The notes: generated by a model from the sequence alone, not told the origin. Positions 48,779 through 59,346 are shown, counted from the first letter of the stretch. The stretch: 64,000 bases of DNA from an uncultured Verrucomicrobiales bacterium (GCA_938091905.1 CALKOM010000023.1:64001-128000); one strand, 5' to 3'. Translations and numbers: made by a program.

Positions 48779-48885
48779 CGGATTCTGGCACCTTAGCGCC
48801 AAAGGCCCTCTCAAGGTTCTTCCCCGCTTCGAGTGGGCTTAGCCTCGCCGACGACGCTCTAATCTTACCGATAAGCTACTCGGCC

Positions 48886-50943
48886 CTAGAAGGCGTAGCG
48901 GCAGCGGACACCCACGACCATCGGAGCACCCACACTCCCCGCGCGCAAGTCAGGCGAGATATTCTGGTAGTAAACCTCTTCGGTCAGATTCTGCCCATAG
49001 ACGCTGATCAAGAGCCCATCGGACTCATAGCCCAACGATGCGTTCAGCAAGGTGTAGCCTCCTTCTCGGAAGTCGTCATTGTTCACGTCACTGAAGAACG
49101 TCTCCCCCTGATGCACGAGTTCAACACGACCAAAGAAACCGCTTGGGTGCCGGTAGACCGCTGCGATGGAAGCGTCCATATCAGGAACGAATGGAGCGCG
49201 ATTCCCTGAGAGATCAGCTCCACTGATCGGATCTGTGAACTGATCAAACTCCGTCCGTACAACACCAAAGGACCCTTCAATGGTAAAGTTATCCGTCACA
49301 TTTGCCCGCAGCTCAAACTCAGCTCCATAAGAATCAGCCTTCTCCGCATTGAGCACCGCGTAGTCTGTCGCGACCAACGAGCGTTCCACTTGGTAGTCAC
49401 GGATCTTATTGTAGAAAACTGCGACGTTTGTTCGCAGATTGTCATCAAACCAACTCTTCTTCCAACCGAACTCCGTCGTCCATGAGCGCTCCGCATCATA
49501 CTCGGCGATGCTAGGATCGTCCACAAAGGCACTGAAGCCACCTGGTTTGAATGTCAATCCAGTCGACAGATACACCAACGACGTGTCGTCAATTTCATAA
49601 TCGATTCCTAAGCGGGGACTAACAAAGAAGAAATCTTCGCTATCCTCAATGGAAGGGACAGGACCCATGACACCGAAGGCATCCCGCTTGAGTTCCTTCT
49701 CATAGCGCTCCAGCCGCAACCCAGCATGGAAACCCCAGCGATCGAAGCCCTCATAGGATACCTGGCCAAAGGCTGCGTAGTTCTCCTCATCCAAGGAATA
49801 ATCCGTCGTTGTCGTAAGCGGAAAGAACATGCCACCGGGCCCTGGAGCCAAGAAGTTGCGGCTCGTATTGCCCGCAATGTCCGTCAAGGAAGCATACGCT
49901 CCTACCGTCCATTGCCAATCTCTCTCCCCCACCGATGACCACCGAAACTCTTGGGAGAGGAGCTCCTGATCTTGCAGGATTACCGAATTGTTGCCAGGGA
50001 ACGGCCCTAGATCGAGATCAAACACGTAGGGATCGATCTCCCAATCACGCTGCGCCGTCACCGAGAGAAACTTGTAGTCGTCATTCTCATACGTCACCCG
50101 GAGAGACTGACTATTAGCACGCTGATTCGATTCCCCGTGAAGATTCGACGTCACCTCATAGGGATCTCCATCAATAGAGCTTAAACGCGGCGCACCATCA
50201 TCAAATTCGTCAACACTAGCAGAAAGGCGCACTTCCCAACCCGGCCCGGGACGCCAGTAGATCGTGCCAGCACCACTAGCGTGTTGCTGGTCGTCTGGAT
50301 GGGTTCGTAACGTCGGATTGTAGAGGTAACCGTTGCGCTTGGAGAAGCTACCGCCAAGCTTGATGTATAGCTTGTCCTCAACCAACGGTCCCATGACATA
50401 ACCATCTCCCATGAAGGACTCGTAGCTGCCGTAGTCAGCGGAGAAACTACCCTGCCACACATCAGTGGGTGACCTGGAGATCACATTGACCGCACCGCCA
50501 TAAGGATTCCTACCAAAGAGCCATCCCTGTGGTCCTCGAAACACTTCCACGCGCTCAACGGCGTGGAACTGGGTCGTTTGGGAGAACATGTTTCCCATCG
50601 CCACGTCGTCCACGTACTGCACAATGGAAGGGCTCCCGAAGAACGGCGTGTTCGTTAGCCCACGCATGCTGGCCACGTCTCCATAGGAACGCAATCCCGA
50701 GTCCGTTTGCGCCATGTTAGGAATCACTGTGGCAAGATCACGCTGATTTTGACGATTGCCAGCCTCCAAGCCCTCTCCACTGACAGCGCTCGCGCTCAGT
50801 GGCCACGATTGATAATCATCGACTTCCCCATAGACCGTGTAGGGATCGAGGGTGTCTAAGTCGTTATCATCGATCTCCTGACCAAAGAGCGGGCAGGCGA
50901 AAGCACAGAATGTAAGCGTTCCAAAAAGTGTGGATTTCGTCAT
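48886..50943 (-). CDS. TonB-dependent outer-membrane receptor
   Basis: Signal peptide, plug motif VERVEVFRGPQG.LFGRN..GGAVNVIS, beta-barrel strands, C-terminal Phe (YAF). Confidence 0.93.
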   Translation of the reverse strand: MTKSTLFGTLTFCAFACPLFGQEIDDNDLDTLDPYTVYGEVDDYQSWPLSASAVSGEGLEAGNRQNQRDLATVIPNMAQTDSGLRSYGDVASMRGLTNTPFFGSPSIVQYVDDVAMGNMFSQTTQFHAVERVEVFRGPQGWLFGRNPYGGAVNVISRSPTDVWQGSFSADYGSYESFMGDGYVMGPLVEDKLYIKLGGSFSKRNGYLYNPTLRTHPDDQQHASGAGTIYWRPGPGWEVRLSASVDEFDDGAPRLSSIDGDPYEVTSNLHGESNQRANSQSLRVTYENDDYKFLSVTAQRDWEIDPYVFDLDLGPFPGNNSVILQDQELLSQEFRWSSVGERDWQWTVGAYASLTDIAGNTSRNFLAPGPGGMFFPLTTTTDYSLDEENYAAFGQVSYEGFDRWGFHAGLRLERYEKELKRDAFGVMGPVPSIEDSEDFFFVSPRLGIDYEIDDTSLVYLSTGLTFKPGGFSAFVDDPSIAEYDAERSWTTEFGWKKSWFDDNLRTNVAVFYNKIRDYQVERSLVATDYAVLNAEKADSYGAEFELRANVTDNFTIEGSFGVVRTEFDQFTDPISGADLSGNRAPFVPDMDASIAAVYRHPSGFFGRVELVHQGETFFSDVNNDDFREGGYTLLNASLGYESDGLLISVYGQNLTEEVYYQNISPDLRAGSVGAPMVVGVRCRYAF

Positions 50944-51144
50944 GGTCAGCGCCGAAGACAGAGCAGGTCGACAGACTAGTCAACACTTCAGATCATTTAA
51001 AGACCGGTTTACTTACGAAAACTGATGTCGTGGGGCATGGCAAGCTGGTCATACAACTGGGCCCGGTCTTCCCGATGATGGTAGCGAATTCTCTGCGCAT
51101 AGCACGCCACGCGTTCTGCATGCACTTGAGGTACCAGCACCACC

Positions 51145-51251
51145 CCATCTCCATCTCCATCTCCATCTCCATCTCCATCTCCATCTCCATCTCCATCTCC
51201 ATCTCCATCTCCATCTCCATCTCCATCTCCATCTCCATCTCCATCTCCATC
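51145..51251. repeat. Perfect hexanucleotide microsatellite (CCATCT)17 + partial unit
   Basis: Directly visible perfect tandem repeat, 107 bp. Confidence 0.98.
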
Positions 51252-51618
51252 CGCTACAACGATACGCCTGGGATCACACAGACCCCACCAACAACGATTG
51301 GACGGTTCACAGACTCCAGCTCCACACGCCCCGCACGAATACGTCGTCCAGCTTTCTTGTAATAAACCGGCGTCTTCTGCGTCATGATCTCATCAGAGTC
51401 TCGCACACTGCCATTCGTCACCACACCGCAGCAGCCACGCGCTTTCCAGTTGAGCACGCTACACTCACTCACCGTTCCCGCGCAGCTTTGCCCGAATCAT
51501 CATCAATGACCACCAACGAACCAGGTCTCAACATGGGCGTGAAATGATCCGGTGCTCGATTCTGATGCCAGTTCGCCGCGAATTACTCGAATTCGCCTTC
51601 AGTGCGCACCTTCCGAGG

Positions 51619-51655
51619 TTCGCGGTGACGGCACGAAACGTGCCGTCACCGCGAA
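51619..51655. repeat. Perfect 17-bp inverted repeat with 3-nt loop
   Basis: ttcgcggtgacggcacg-aaa-cgtgccgtcaccgcgaa. Confidence 0.95.
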
Positions 51656-52240
51656 GCCCAAAAAACAGTGCGCGTAGTTCTCCGTGTTGAACTAGATTAA
51701 TGTAATGTCAGGATCAAACGGACCAGCATTTGGTAGGCCAACAGAATCGAGCCCGTCACTCACATCCGTCGTTCGCAAACCCCGGAACAAGTCAAGGATC
51801 CGTTAATCCTTCGTCGCAGAGTATACTCGCGTGCTCAGAAAGTGATAGCCGCTTTGCATCGACGCCACCGGAGGCACCTAGCCACCGGTCTCCGGCATGT
51901 CTTGCGCAATCATCCAACTCGCCATTCCGAGCGCAACGGTCGCGTAGCTATCAATAGATAAGATTTCGTAGTCATAGCATCCCAACAGTGAACATTCCCA
52001 CTTCGACAAAAAGCGTTGAACGGAAGCGTTTTTGTTCGGCCGAATTCATCCGAAAGTTGGAATTTAAACCTTTAAGCCTTGCCTCCAAAAATTCCCTCGT
52101 TTACCGTTAGAATGAAGATCGTGCGATGCGTTCTTTAGCAGTTGCCAAGCCTTACGAGAGCTTAAAACCTATACCATACATACATAAACCAAGCCCTCGG
52201 CATGGTTGCTGTTTCATCTAACGCAAACCGCAATCATAAC

Positions 52241-52885
52241 ATGACCATACCTAAAAAATGCGGTCGGGGGTTCACCCTGATCGAGTTGTTAGTCGTCATC
52301 GCCATCATCGCGACGCTCGCGTCGATCTCGGTGCCGGCGATTCAATCCGCCCAAATGCGAGCTCGTATGGTGCGTTCTAGTTCGGACGCGCGCAATGTGC
52401 TTCTCGCACTCACCTCCTACGCTACCGAGAATGGCGGACTCTACCCAGAGTCCTCAGACTCGGCGAACGCGGCCTTTCGTAAGCTGTTCCCGCAGCACTG
52501 CGACCAAGAGGCCATGTTCTACCTCCGAAACGACCGTTTGCATTGCAACACAAAAGCTCCAGACGAAGGCGGTCATATCCTCGCTCCCGGGGAAAACCAC
52601 TGGGCATACGTCAGTGGCCTGACCGATAGCAAGAAATCGAATACACCCATCATCATGGATGCCTTCACCGACGGCATCGGAAGTTACGATGGTGACCATG
52701 CCTGGAATCGGTTAGGTCAAGTCCCCGTCGGCACCCTCGACGGTTCCATACAAACCCGCAATCTCAACGCGGACGGCATCGTCCCAGATTACTCGGGCAA
52801 AGGGAATCTCTTCGAGATCCCGGCAATCGACGACGATGACCTCGTCGAGATCCTCAATCCCGAGCGCCGCCACAAGTCAGACTGA
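52241..52885 (+). CDS. Prepilin-type N-terminal cleavage/methylation domain protein
   Basis: GRG^FTLIELLVVIAIIATLASISVPA type IV pilin-like signal. Confidence 0.9.
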   Translation: MTIPKKCGRGFTLIELLVVIAIIATLASISVPAIQSAQMRARMVRSSSDARNVLLALTSYATENGGLYPESSDSANAAFRKLFPQHCDQEAMFYLRNDRLHCNTKAPDEGGHILAPGENHWAYVSGLTDSKKSNTPIIMDAFTDGIGSYDGDHAWNRLGQVPVGTLDGSIQTRNLNADGIVPDYSGKGNLFEIPAIDDDDLVEILNPERRHKSD

Positions 52886-52902
52886 CGACACAACCAGCAC
52901 CT

Positions 52903-52931
52903 AGGCCGGGGTCTTTCAGGGCCTCGGCCTT
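52903..52931. terminator. Possible terminator hairpin between convergent genes
   Basis: aggccggggtc-tttcag-ggcctcggcct GC-rich stem between the prepilin gene and ispF. Confidence 0.45.
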
Positions 52932-52934
52932 CTG

Positions 52935-53414
52935 CTACTCAGGCATAGCGATCGTCGCCACTGCCATAGCTGACATCCCTTCCTCGCGCCCGAGGAAGCC
53001 CATCTTCTCATTCGTGGTCGCCTTAACTCCAACCTGCCCCACCGAAATCCCCAACGCCTCGGAAATATGCTCTTTCATCGCTGCCGCATGCGGCAGAATC
53101 TTCGGCGCTTCCGCGATCAACGTACTATCCACATTGTGTAATACAGCACCTTTCTCCATCACAAGATCACGCGCCTTGCGCAAGATCTCCAAGCTACAGA
53201 TCCCAGCGCAACTCGGATCGCCAGGAGGGAAGAAATGCCCAATGTCGGGCTCCCCCATGGCACCCAACACTGCGTCTGCAATCGCATGACTCAACACATC
53301 CGCATCGGAATGCCCAGCCAATCCCCGATCATGAGGAATCGTCACCCCGCCCAAGACAAGAGGGCGCCCTTCCGCAAATTGATGCACGTCATAACCTAAA
53401 CCAGTCCGAATCAT
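52935..53414 (-). CDS. ispF: 2-C-methyl-D-erythritol 2,4-cyclodiphosphate synthase
   Basis: GLGYDVH, GHSDADVLSHAIADA, DIGHFFP, VKATTNEKMGFLGREEG. Confidence 0.97.
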   Translation of the reverse strand: MIRTGLGYDVHQFAEGRPLVLGGVTIPHDRGLAGHSDADVLSHAIADAVLGAMGEPDIGHFFPPGDPSCAGICSLEILRKARDLVMEKGAVLHNVDSTLIAEAPKILPHAAAMKEHISEALGISVGQVGVKATTNEKMGFLGREEGMSAMAVATIAMPE

Positions 53415-53504
53415 GAGTAGTGCCTAACGAGTAGAAACGCTCCTGTCAAACGAGCGCCATTTAGAAGCTTGCTCTGATCCTCTGAAATTGGCTTCACTCC
53501 AGCC

Positions 53505-54284
53505 ATGAAACGAGTTCTTCTTCCTCTTATCACCGTAACTTGCCTCTTCATGACTTCAGCAATTGCACAAGATCGCCAGTGGTTCCACGTCCTGACCTAC
53601 CACTTGAACTCTGAACAGGCAGAAGCACTCTTCGACAAGACCTTTGCAGAGGCCATCCTCCCTGGACTGAAAAAGCAGGGAGTTGGTCCTGTAGGCGTCT
53701 TCAAACCAATCAAGTTTGCCAAGAAACAAGACGAACCTAATCGGCAACGGTGTGTCGTTTATCCGCTCAGCTCTCCCGAACAGATAATGAGTCTGTCAGA
53801 GAAGCTCGGCTCAGATAGCGTCTTCCTCCAAAGTGCTGCAGATTATCTTGGCGTAGAGAAAGACGCCGCCGTCTTCTCTCGCGTGGAGTCATCACTACTC
53901 TATGCCTTTGAAGGAATGCCTCAGTTGGCTGTGCCAGGCAAAGCAGATGACAAACCTCGGGTCTTCGAACTGCGTATTTACGAGAGTTTCAGCGAAATGA
54001 AAGGGAAGCTCAAGGTTCAAATGTTCAATAAAGGTGAGATCGATATCTTCAAGGCTGTGGGGCTCGAGGCCGTCTTCTATGGCGAAGCGGTCGTAGGCAA
54101 AAACCTTCCTCAGCTAACCTACATGCTCGTCTATAATGATGAGGCGCACCACAAAGAGGTTTGGAAGAAATTCCTCACCAGCCCCGACTGGGAGAAGCTG
54201 AAGAAACTCGAACAGTACAAGGATACCGTTTCCAAGATTGAGAACACGTTTATGGCAGCACTTCCTTACTCGGGCATCCAGTAA
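53505..54284 (+). CDS. Secreted NIPSNAP family protein
   Basis: Signal peptide; RVFELRIYES..KVQMFN.GEIDIF..G..PQLTYML..W..F...PDW. Confidence 0.8.
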   Translation: MKRVLLPLITVTCLFMTSAIAQDRQWFHVLTYHLNSEQAEALFDKTFAEAILPGLKKQGVGPVGVFKPIKFAKKQDEPNRQRCVVYPLSSPEQIMSLSEKLGSDSVFLQSAADYLGVEKDAAVFSRVESSLLYAFEGMPQLAVPGKADDKPRVFELRIYESFSEMKGKLKVQMFNKGEIDIFKAVGLEAVFYGEAVVGKNLPQLTYMLVYNDEAHHKEVWKKFLTSPDWEKLKKLEQYKDTVSKIENTFMAALPYSGIQ

Positions 54285-54291
54285 GCTTACC

Positions 54292-56580
54292 CTACTCCAA
54301 CGCTTTCCTTAACACCAGATAAGGAAAGATCCGGTGGTAGTTGAGTTTTTTGGCAAGCTTCAAATATCCCTCTGCCTTGTTGGGATGCCGTTGCGCCAAA
54401 GCGAAGAGAAGCACACGGCGCTGGTGATTCAGCAGGTCGATACCTAACATTTCCTTATCGCTCGACGGAGGCGCACCCGCAAGGAACCACGGCTTGATTC
54501 CTTGTGCCAGAGAAGGTGTTTCTTCAAGCAAGCTAAGCGCCTGTGAAAGCTGCACTTCGGAGAGCGCAAGAAGACCGCCCGACTTGGTGGTGAGCCCGTA
54601 GAGTAAGAAATGAAGGAAGGGATCTGTAACCGCACGATCCACCGTAGCAGCCGCCTCCACATAGTCTCCCTTCAAAACTAACGCATTGAAGGCCCCCCGA
54701 CCATTCGTTCGCTCACCGATACTGATGTATCGATCCACGTCGCCCTTCCATTCCGCCCTCACACTCGCAAAGTAGCTCCGAGAAGCCGCCGTCTCCTCGG
54801 ACACGAGCGCGCCATCCAGCGAGACACTTTGCACATATCGATCCACCACGGTCTGCGCATGGGATGCCTGCCCATTAGCATCATACAAACCTGCTAGTGT
54901 CGTGGCCACATGATGATTAAGCGGATCAGCTTGAAGACGTATTCGAAACGTCTCAATGAGTGACGGAAACTGTCCGGTAGCCAATAGAAGTTCGTCGTGC
55001 TGCGCCAGGTAGTCCTCATTGTCTGGCTGCGCCTTCAAGGCAAGATCCATCTGTTGGAGTCCCGCATCAAATTCACCTAATGCGGTGTGCCGTCGCGCAA
55101 GCGGAAGCAGGGCCTCGATCGCCCCCTGACCGGCTGCCGTCTCCAGATCAGCAATCGCGGCTTCGGAGTCTCTGCGAGTCAAACTCAGTAGGTAGAAGAG
55201 GTCGCCCTCCATGGGCGACCTCTTGACAAGTGCAGCGTAGCGGGCTTCTACATCCGCTTGCATTCCTAATTCAACGGCTAGAGTTACGTAATGCAAGTGC
55301 CAGGGAAACCGAAAAGGTCGATCCGTCAATCGCGCCTCGAGGAATGCCAGTGAGTCTTGAGTCGGAGCTACCTCTAAGAGACAGGGAAGCAGCTCGACCG
55401 CATCAGAATCCGCTTCTAACTGCAGCCGACAGTAGGCTTCCGCCAGCTCGTTTTCCCCTTGTCCCATCAGAAGGCCACAAAGACTAGCGAGCGGTCCATC
55501 GACCAAATGGTGTAGCACAAAACGATAGGTCTCTGCCTGCTGGGAATGGACTTCTAAAGATTGCGGCGGATCCTTGAAATGATCCGTAATTCCGTAAAAC
55601 AGGTAATAGGGGGCCACCGCATGAAGCGCAAATTGATCCGCATTCGTCTGAGGCTCCTCCGTTTCCGTATTCCGATAAACCAACTCTTCCCACGAAATCA
55701 GCGCCATCTTGTCCGGATTGATCACTGCCGTCGTCGGCCGCGCTCCCTTTCGCTCTGTCAGGTTGAATTCAAAGGGCGCAAACTCGAAATTGCCCTCCGC
55801 GGGCGACACCTGGACCCAACCGGGCTTCAGCGTCATGCGCTGAAGCACTTGGGGAGGCAAGGTCAAGCGCTCGCCGTTAACTAGCACATCATAGGCCTGC
55901 GTAGTTCCATTGACCACGTAGACAGATTCGATCCGCTTCTTCAGGGAGTTCGAGAGAGAGGCCGTCACAGCGACAATCAAGATCAATGGCACTATCAGAA
56001 CACGTAGTCCTTGAAAAAACGAACTTGGCGCTGAAGGAGGAGAAGATTCCGGCAGGGCTTCGTAGGCCAGTCGCATTTGATGCCGCTCAGGACGATTATC
56101 CAGCTGAGCCACCCGACCGAACAGTCTTCGAGCTTCCTGAAATTGCGCAAAGTGTCCGTGACACCAAGCCAGCTGATGAAGCGTTTCATGCGATTGAGAG
56201 AACTGGGCTTCGATCTGGCCCGCTAGCAGAAGAAACTCCTCTAGCTCTCCTAGTGCCACCACTTGTTGGAGCGCCTGGCTACAGAGGTTAGGATCCTCAA
56301 GATTCGAGGCAAAGGCATCCAGGGCAGGAACAAGAGTTTCCTCACGCTCCTGTTCCCAGTCATCCAATCCATGCGACGTCCCCTCACCACAGGAGACACA
56401 TTCTTCATAAATGTGCAGATTACCTAACGGAAACAGTGGGATACCAAGGGCAACAACCATCTTCGTTGCCTCGTAGCTTGGGCAGAAACAAGCGGCTCCG
56501 CAGTGAGGGCATTCACCCCAGCGGAGAGACCAGTGTCGCCGTAGGAGGGGCACCTCCCATCCGAACCAAGTCTTTGGCAT
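54292..56580 (-). CDS. Membrane-anchored TPR-like protein with N-terminal zinc ribbon
   Basis: CPHCG…IPLFPLG..CVSCG, helical repeat, single TM (~aa 193-210), beta domain, TPR-like helices. Confidence 0.6.
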   Translation of the reverse strand: MPKTWFGWEVPLLRRHWSLRWGECPHCGAACFCPSYEATKMVVALGIPLFPLGNLHIYEECVSCGEGTSHGLDDWEQEREETLVPALDAFASNLEDPNLCSQALQQVVALGELEEFLLLAGQIEAQFSQSHETLHQLAWCHGHFAQFQEARRLFGRVAQLDNRPERHQMRLAYEALPESSPPSAPSSFFQGLRVLIVPLILIVAVTASLSNSLKKRIESVYVVNGTTQAYDVLVNGERLTLPPQVLQRMTLKPGWVQVSPAEGNFEFAPFEFNLTERKGARPTTAVINPDKMALISWEELVYRNTETEEPQTNADQFALHAVAPYYLFYGITDHFKDPPQSLEVHSQQAETYRFVLHHLVDGPLASLCGLLMGQGENELAEAYCRLQLEADSDAVELLPCLLEVAPTQDSLAFLEARLTDRPFRFPWHLHYVTLAVELGMQADVEARYAALVKRSPMEGDLFYLLSLTRRDSEAAIADLETAAGQGAIEALLPLARRHTALGEFDAGLQQMDLALKAQPDNEDYLAQHDELLLATGQFPSLIETFRIRLQADPLNHHVATTLAGLYDANGQASHAQTVVDRYVQSVSLDGALVSEETAASRSYFASVRAEWKGDVDRYISIGERTNGRGAFNALVLKGDYVEAAATVDRAVTDPFLHFLLYGLTTKSGGLLALSEVQLSQALSLLEETPSLAQGIKPWFLAGAPPSSDKEMLGIDLLNHQRRVLLFALAQRHPNKAEGYLKLAKKLNYHRIFPYLVLRKALE

Positions 56581-56684
56581 AACAACATCAAAGGGATGAT
56601 AAGCAGAGGGTCAACGTTCAAGATCCCTCTTTCGCAGCTTGCCTCGTCCACGGCGCAACACTAACATCCCTTCTAAGACGATCC

Positions 56685-57614
56685 ATGATCACTGCAACCG
56701 CGCCGAACAAAGCATTCGATGACGTGGCAGCAGTGCAAAACGTGAGCCTTGAGGTCGAGCGGGGGCAGACGTTAGGCCTGATCGGCCCAAATGGCGCAGG
56801 CAAGACCACTCTTCTACGCATGTTGGCCACCTTAGCTAAGCCAGACACGGGTGCCATCACCATCGCAGGCTACGACGCCGTGCATGAGCCAAGAGAAATT
56901 CGACGACGACTCGGATTCATGCCCGCTGAATTCGGAATCCCACGCGATCTCAACATGCGCGAATACATGCAATACTTCACCTGCCTCGCGGGACTATCTC
57001 GGCACACCCGTGACGCCGCCACCAACCAGGCTCTGGAGCTCACCGATCTCCGCGGGCGTGACGACGTCATGGTGAGCGGTCTTTCCACTGGTAACAAACA
57101 GCGCCTTCTCCTCGCCAAGACGCTCATTCACGATCCCGAACTGCTCATTCTAGATGAACCGTCCAGCGGCCTGGACCCACGAGCGCGTGTAGACGTGCGA
57201 GAAATCCTGCAAGAGCTTGCCGGGCTTGGGAAGACGATCGTCATCAGCTCTCATATTCTTAAAGATCTCGATAGCATCTGCAGCCACGTCCTTATCATGG
57301 AAGCAGGTCGTGTCGCGCTCGCGGGAGAAGTTGATAGCTTCAGAAGGCAAATGAGTTCAGGAGATCACCACGTAAAGGTCCGTGTCTTCCCGAACAAAGC
57401 AGCTCAAGCAGCCACCTGCCTCGAACCGCTAACACAACTCACCGACTGCGTGATTGAAACCGAAGGCTGGCTTCGCCTAACCAGTAAGAACGCCAGCAAC
57501 AACTTAATCCTCCGGACGTTACTTGACGAGAGCATTGAAGTGCTTGGTCTGGCAGAAGAATCGTCGGACTTAGAGACACTCTTCATTCAATCAACGAAAG
57601 GAGATGTCACCTAA
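56685..57614 (+). CDS. ABC transporter ATP-binding protein (ABC-2/export type)
   Basis: GPNGAGKTT, LSTGNKQR, LILDEP, SSH. Confidence 0.95.
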   Translation: MITATAPNKAFDDVAAVQNVSLEVERGQTLGLIGPNGAGKTTLLRMLATLAKPDTGAITIAGYDAVHEPREIRRRLGFMPAEFGIPRDLNMREYMQYFTCLAGLSRHTRDAATNQALELTDLRGRDDVMVSGLSTGNKQRLLLAKTLIHDPELLILDEPSSGLDPRARVDVREILQELAGLGKTIVISSHILKDLDSICSHVLIMEAGRVALAGEVDSFRRQMSSGDHHVKVRVFPNKAAQAATCLEPLTQLTDCVIETEGWLRLTSKNASNNLILRTLLDESIEVLGLAEESSDLETLFIQSTKGDVT

Positions 57615-59346
57615 CATGGCCACCGCTAAGTATCTTGCCAACGCTGGTCAACACTGGCGCTCCCTCCTAAATAGCCCCACCTGGTTACGCGACGCCACGA
57701 CGGTAACTTCGCCATGGCGCTTGGGCTTCTGGTTCATGGTTCTCAACGCGCTCATCATCGGTAGTTTGATCTACGTAGACACAGAGATCATACGTGAGCT
57801 TGATAACCAGACGGTGATTGCCGAATTGGGACTCGGCAGGTTACTGGCTGGGTCGATCTTCCTCGCACTAACAACCTTTGTGACAGTCTTTGTACCGGTT
57901 CGCACCGCAGGAGTGTTTTACGGACCACGCCTTGGACGCTACTTTGATCAGATTATACTCAGCGGGATCACACCCTGGCGTTTTCTCATGGGAAAGGTTC
58001 TTGGCCAGCAGGCCTTCTTCGCCACTGTCGTCGCAGTTAGCCTCCCCTATTTCATCCTCTGCCTCAGCTTTGGAGGCGTCTTCTTCTGGGAGCTCTTGCT
58101 CTGCACCTTCATACTCTTGGTCTATGTGCAGGTCCTCGTCATTGTCTATCTAGCATTCACCACTTTTTTATCGGAAATCATTGCGCTTCCACTAGTCATT
58201 GGCCTCTTTGGAGCGGCTGGCGTATTTGGACTACTGCACGTTAGCCCTAACCCTATCGGTGGGATCACGCCAGTCAGCACGATCATGGGCATGCTCTACG
58301 AAGACACGTCTTCTCACCTTTCCTACACCTTTCGTGGTGGCTTTGGTCAGCTTGGTTTAGTCACAAGCCATGTCTTGCTCTACGGAATACTGTCGCTCTC
58401 TATGATTGGTCTTGGGAGCTTGGCGGTGGCACTCGGCCCCATCAACGCTCTTACCACAGGCTTGAATACCTTTGGTGCCGTCGTGCTTCCAGGAGACAAG
58501 AACCGTGCGAGCTGGCTAAAGAAACGGTTCGACCTTCGACGCCAGTCTGAGTTCAGTTTCCTCTATGAGAACAACAGCGCGGCATGGCGCACGCGCGACT
58601 TCCAGCGCCGCTGGTCACTGCGGGAGTTGGTCTTTGTTCTGTTCATCGCAGCAGCGCTCATCTGGACTTTCTGGCTTTTCCCACCGTTCGGTGAGCCTTT
58701 CTATCTCCTCTTGCAGCTCATGTGTGTAGGCGCGATCTTTCTCAACGCTAAGCTCTTCGCCGACTCCTGGATGGCGGAACGCCTCTACACCAAACGCTTG
58801 GATGCGGGAACACTCAATGCCCTCCACTTCTGTGGAAACAGTGTCTTAATTTGGTTAGGGTTCGGCTGGCTCCCCTCAGTCCTGAATTTAGATGTGGAAC
58901 CGAACGTGTCTGATTCCCCGGCCGAATTCATGGAGATTCAGGAGACGAATCTCTCCCTCGTGACACAATTTGTCGTTATGGGTTTGGCTTTCTACGCCAT
59001 CCTCAGATGGATCATTCTACGACGCGTCAACGTGGAATCGAGTTCACTGCTCGCCATCTTTCTCATGATCGTCATCGCTTTCATTCCGATCTGGTTGAGC
59101 GCATTCGCCAACCTCAATACGGCTCTCGATGAACCAGATCGATTCCCCTGGCTAGCGATGGGAAACCCCATCGAGATGATCGAGAGCGCGAACTCGATGA
59201 GAAGGCCTGTCTCTAACGATGACAGGATCGATCTCTATTGGTCTGCTAGTCTCTATTGGTCTGCTAGCCTCTATAGCTTCGTAGCGTTGTTGTTCACAGC
59301 GCTGACTTGGAAAAGCCGCCAACGTCTACCCCGACGCCGCCTATGA
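57604..59346 (+). CDS. ABC-2-type permease-like polytopic membrane protein
   Basis: About 12 hydrophobic segments, FDQIILSGITPWRFLMGK motif; overlaps the ATPase stop. Confidence 0.7.
   Translation: MSPNMATAKYLANAGQHWRSLLNSPTWLRDATTVTSPWRLGFWFMVLNALIIGSLIYVDTEIIRELDNQTVIAELGLGRLLAGSIFLALTTFVTVFVPVRTAGVFYGPRLGRYFDQIILSGITPWRFLMGKVLGQQAFFATVVAVSLPYFILCLSFGGVFFWELLLCTFILLVYVQVLVIVYLAFTTFLSEIIALPLVIGLFGAAGVFGLLHVSPNPIGGITPVSTIMGMLYEDTSSHLSYTFRGGFGQLGLVTSHVLLYGILSLSMIGLGSLAVALGPINALTTGLNTFGAVVLPGDKNRASWLKKRFDLRRQSEFSFLYENNSAAWRTRDFQRRWSLRELVFVLFIAAALIWTFWLFPPFGEPFYLLLQLMCVGAIFLNAKLFADSWMAERLYTKRLDAGTLNALHFCGNSVLIWLGFGWLPSVLNLDVEPNVSDSPAEFMEIQETNLSLVTQFVVMGLAFYAILRWIILRRVNVESSSLLAIFLMIVIAFIPIWLSAFANLNTALDEPDRFPWLAMGNPIEMIESANSMRRPVSNDDRIDLYWSASLYWSASLYSFVALLFTALTWKSRQRLPRRRL

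Larger units (their letters stand above)
51009..51720 (-). pseudogene. RraA/HMG-aldolase family pseudogene
   Basis: Across frames: GFAVTARFVP…LRPGSLVVIDD…GCCGVVTNGSVRDSDEI…GRVELESVNRPIVVGGVCVIPG / IVVAD(GD)nGVVLVP…RAQLYDQLAMP. Contains stops and frameshifts; the 5' end is approximate. Confidence 0.75.

Noticed and set aside
50944..51008. Cobalamin/TPP riboswitch or Fur box ahead of the TonB receptor
   Set aside because: Only about 65 nt separate it from the upstream pseudogene, and no consensus is visible.
51145..51251. CRISPR array
   Set aside because: It is a pure 6-bp tandem repeat with no spacers, and no cas genes are present.
50928..51362. ORFs encoding poly-(IS) and poly-(ME) peptides
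   Set aside because: They are off-frame translations of the CCATCT microsatellite; the homologous frame is the GD frame of the RraA pseudogene.
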